Shown one piece after another: positions 61,041 to 64,000 of a stretch of 64,000 nucleotides of DNA. The position numbers and the translations under genes are program-made. Origin of the DNA: Candidatus Bathyarchaeia archaeon (lineage in GTDB: Archaea > Thermoproteota > Bathyarchaeia > Bathyarchaeales > Bathycorpusculaceae); NCBI GenBank assembly GCA_038883655.1, contig JAVZLQ010000004.1:32001-96000 (forward strand). The letters are read 5' to 3'. How positions within the stretch are numbered: the first letter of the stretch is position 1; every line of letters starts with the position of its first letter. The notes beneath the pieces were generated by a model. That model saw only the letters and a program-made list of their open reading frames with translations. It was not told the DNA's origin and made no database searches.

Positions 61041-61868
61041 CTAGATGGCTGCTATCAGTGTGTAGGAGTACCATGTTAAAATTAGGCTTGTAGTAAAAGC
61101 TGAAGCCCAAACATGTTTGTTCCACAAAAACACTTTGAAGCCATCCAATATCCCCAGTGGAATGAGGTTGAATAGTGCTATCCAAGCGTTGAAAGCCGCG
61201 CCGAAAATGAACATTGGAGCTAATGCGCCTTGAGAGTTAAAGAAGTAAGCAACCAAAAGCGTCATTGACAAAACAATGTTGGTTGCGGGTCCAGCAATCG
61301 ACATTTTGCCTAAATCCTCTTTGTCTGCAAGACCCGAGACGATAACTGCGCCGGGCGATATCACTTTGAAGAGGGGCGAAATAACGGAGATTAATGTTAA
61401 TATTGCTCCCATGAGTGTTAGTCTGAACTCCGCCCAATAGCCTTGTTTTTGTGCTGTTATTTTGTGTGCCAATTCATGCGCGAAAAAAGATGTGACTACT
61501 GTTACTGCTAACGCTGCAAATATAATTGAGTCCATAATTGTTACCCTAAAATCTGGGGAAATTGCCAGCGAAAGGGCTATACCCACAACAAGTAGGGCAG
61601 CGACGGTTAAATGTTGAATTTCCTTTATGCTAAAATGGATTTTTCCCTTCTTCGGCGGTTCAACGGAAATGTATGTAACGGAGTATTCATATGGCTCATG
61701 TTTTTGAATGATTACTGTTGGCGTTGTCGTCCATACTGGTGTTCGCGCTTTTTCCATTTGTTTGCATTCATGATTTTCTGGCAAGCGATGCTCAGAACAG
61801 AAGTAGCCTCCACAGTATGGGCACCTGAATGGTAGGAACACCTCTTTTTGACACTTTTCGCACAGCAT
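61041..61868 (-). CDS. AN1-type Zn finger fused to an M50 (site-2) membrane metalloprotease
   Basis: CEKC...CPYCGGYFCSEHRLPENHEC; then HELAH, AGP, FNLIPLGILDG. Confidence 0.85.
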   Translation of the reverse strand: MLCEKCQKEVFLPFRCPYCGGYFCSEHRLPENHECKQMEKARTPVWTTTPTVIIQKHEPYEYSVTYISVEPPKKGKIHFSIKEIQHLTVAALLVVGIALSLAISPDFRVTIMDSIIFAALAVTVVTSFFAHELAHKITAQKQGYWAEFRLTLMGAILTLISVISPLFKVISPGAVIVSGLADKEDLGKMSIAGPATNIVLSMTLLVAYFFNSQGALAPMFIFGAAFNAWIALFNLIPLGILDGFKVFLWNKHVWASAFTTSLILTWYSYTLIAAI

Positions 61869-62028
61869 CAGCCTTTATATTCCTTTTTCCTTTTAACGCT
61901 TAAAGTTTGTAGGATTACCGTTTATACATTTCTGTTCTATCACGATAAAGCGCTTGCAAATGCTCAGTATATTTTAAAATAGTGCTTCAACCAATTTTAA
62001 ACGACAAAGCAGGAAGGAAGGCGAGGGG

Positions 62029-63234
62029 TTGAAGGCTTTCAGTTTCATCCACGCCGCAGATTTGCACTTGGGCTACGCGCAGTACGGCTTAGAAGAGAGA
62101 CGCGAAGATTTTGACAGAGCTTTCAGCGAACTGGTGGATAAAACTATCAAGTTGAAACCGGACTTCATAATAATTGCTGGAGACCTTTTCCATCAAGCGC
62201 GCCCGTCAAACGCCACGCTGGAGGCAACCATAAAAAATTTCAGCCGCTTACGAGACGCTGGAATTCCAGTGTTAACGGTGGACGGTTCTCACGATTCAGC
62301 GCCAAACATCGTAACAGGAACAATTTTAAATCCTCTCGACAGCGCTGGACTTATTTATCACCTTCCAAAACATGAAGGCGCATGCTGGAAAAAATCAGAA
62401 TGCTGCTACGTTTACGGCGTACCAAACTTTAGGACGAGGCGCAAAACAGAAGAGCAACTTACAGCATTCATGGAGCAAAACAAGCCAAAACCAGATCCAT
62501 CCTTATTCAACATTTTCGTCTTCCATATGGCATTAGACATTCAAGGCGTTAAACCACCATATATGGAAGCTGAAGCACCACCAGAACTATTACCAGAAGG
62601 TTTCGACTATTATGCCGCGGGACATGTGCACTCGCCATATGAAGGAAAACTTAGGTCTGGAATGCTCGTTTACAGCGGATGCACAGAAACCGTAAACTAT
62701 GATGAAGCTGGAGTTAAGAAGGGCTTTTACCACGTTAGGGTTGACGAGGCGAAAAGGGTTTCACTTGAATTTGTTGAACTTGAGTCCACACGCAAATTTA
62801 TAGTTTTAGAGCATGACTTCAGCGGGCTTATCCCATCAAAAATAACCGACTTGGCAGTTCAGCTTGTGAAGGACGCAGATAAGGAAGGCGCAATCGTGAT
62901 ACCAATCTTGAAGGGGACCCTCCCAACAGAGGCAAGCCGCGCTGAAGTTGATATAACAAAGATTAGAAGCGCTGCAGAAAAGGCGTTACTTGTTCACCCG
63001 ATTGTTCTGCTGCGTGAAAGCGAAGTTTCGGAGGAAGTTCTCCGCTCAATATTTCAAGGCGAACTCAAAGATTTGAAAACCAAATCCTTCGAATACTTTA
63101 TACAAATTTTCTCAGAACGCTATAGCCGCGAGGAGGCTGAAAAGATAGCGCACATAGCCGTCAGCCTAATCGAACCCCTAACCAAGAGACAGGAGGAAAA
63201 GGTTAAACAAGCAATAGAGGCGCTTTTCCAATGA
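62029..63234 (+). CDS. mre11: Mre11 DNA double-strand break repair nuclease
   Basis: Motifs ADLHLG, AGDLF, GSHD, GHVH. Confidence 0.9.
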   Translation: MKAFSFIHAADLHLGYAQYGLEERREDFDRAFSELVDKTIKLKPDFIIIAGDLFHQARPSNATLEATIKNFSRLRDAGIPVLTVDGSHDSAPNIVTGTILNPLDSAGLIYHLPKHEGACWKKSECCYVYGVPNFRTRRKTEEQLTAFMEQNKPKPDPSLFNIFVFHMALDIQGVKPPYMEAEAPPELLPEGFDYYAAGHVHSPYEGKLRSGMLVYSGCTETVNYDEAGVKKGFYHVRVDEAKRVSLEFVELESTRKFIVLEHDFSGLIPSKITDLAVQLVKDADKEGAIVIPILKGTLPTEASRAEVDITKIRSAAEKALLVHPIVLLRESEVSEEVLRSIFQGELKDLKTKSFEYFIQIFSERYSREEAEKIAHIAVSLIEPLTKRQEEKVKQAIEALFQ

Positions 63235-64000
63235 AAATCGAGATTGTGCAATTGGAAAATATACGCTCTCACGTAAAGTCGACAGTGCCGTTCACAAGAG
63301 GCTTCAACTGTCTGGTTGGCGGTCTAGGCTGTGGAAAATCAAGCATCTTATACGCAATAGACTTCGCCTTTTTCGGCGAACCGTTGGGGAAGGGATACGA
63401 TTACCTTTTAAGAGAGGGCGCCGGAAGCGGCAAAGTTGAAGTCCAGTTTTCTCAAAATGGCAGAAGCTACAAAATAATTCGTGGTTTAAAAAGGCGTGGG
63501 AAAGGCATAAGCCAAGACTTTGACGAGCTTAAACTCTTCGAGGATGAAACCCTAATAGCAAGCGTAAAAAGTGACGCTGTCACCGAACAGCTTAAGGCGA
63601 TAACAGGCTTTGATAGGGAGCTTTTCCACGAAATAGTCTGGGTTAGACAAGAACACCTAAAAGAGCTTTTAGACATCACTCCGCGAGAAAGACAAAAACG
63701 CCTAGATGAGCTTTTTGGGTTATCCGACTACGAAACTGCATGGAGCAACCTCGCTGGATACGTGAAAGAGTATGAAGTTAAACGTAAAACATACGCTGAA
63801 GACCCAGACGTCATCGGACTTGAAAGGCTGAACAAGGAATATAACTACATGGTTGAAGAGCTGTCCGCCATAGAAATTGAACTCCAAGAAAAGAGCAAGG
63901 AGCTGGAAAAGGCAAGAAAAGCACTGGAGGATGCTAATTTAAGGCTTAAGAGGCTTGAGGAATTGAAAGCTCAAGTTGAAGAGCATCGGAGAAAGGAAGC
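63231..64000 (+). CDS. rad50: Rad50 ATPase, 5' part (runs off window)
   Basis: Manual translation MKIEIVQLENIRSH...VGGLGCGKSSIL, Q-loop WVRQ, start of coiled coil; ATGA overlap with mre11. Confidence 0.9.
   Translation, partial: MKIEIVQLENIRSHVKSTVPFTRGFNCLVGGLGCGKSSILYAIDFAFFGEPLGKGYDYLLREGAGSGKVEVQFSQNGRSYKIIRGLKRRGKGISQDFDELKLFEDETLIASVKSDAVTEQLKAITGFDRELFHEIVWVRQEHLKELLDITPRERQKRLDELFGLSDYETAWSNLAGYVKEYEVKRKTYAEDPDVIGLERLNKEYNYMVEELSAIEIELQEKSKELEKARKALEDANLRLKRLEELKAQVEEHRRKE

Overview
This is an archaeal chromosomal window. Gene content (G1P dehydrogenase, proteasome beta, aCPSF1, SepF, L37e, Lsm, Mre11/Rad50, several Hdr/Mvh sets) suggests a Bathyarchaeia-like TACK anaerobe, but the taxonomy is inferred. 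Bases ~190-49,300 form a dense redox and carbon-catabolism region. It holds a complete beta-oxidation/ETF cluster, three HdrA variants, two HdrBC and two MvhAG [NiFe]-hydrogenase sets, six MvhD-like domains in five genes, an HdrD/CCG protein, TrxB, NfnAB, an ACD-GNAT fusion, a tungsten-type AOR and an anchor-less SdhA/SdhB-CCG (Tfr-like) pair. The rest of the window is mostly archaeal housekeeping. The most notable observations are: (1) an RHH-GcvH fusion whose lipoyl lysine is replaced by Met, heading an Hdr/Mvh operon with repeated operator-like sites upstream; (2) two HdrA-MvhD fusions with reciprocal loss of Fe-S ligands; (3) MvhD-wHTH and tandem ferredoxin-MvhD fusions; (4) an inferred soluble, thiol-centred electron loop with no membrane anchors; (5) a ~50-bp hairpin-plus-GATACCCCCTCTA..TTTTT element in three intergenic copies; (6) a tandem pair of acidic CxxC microproteins, one missed by the ORF track. 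I recognised no rRNA, tRNA, CRISPR array or transposase. All calls come from motif recognition by eye, with no database searches.
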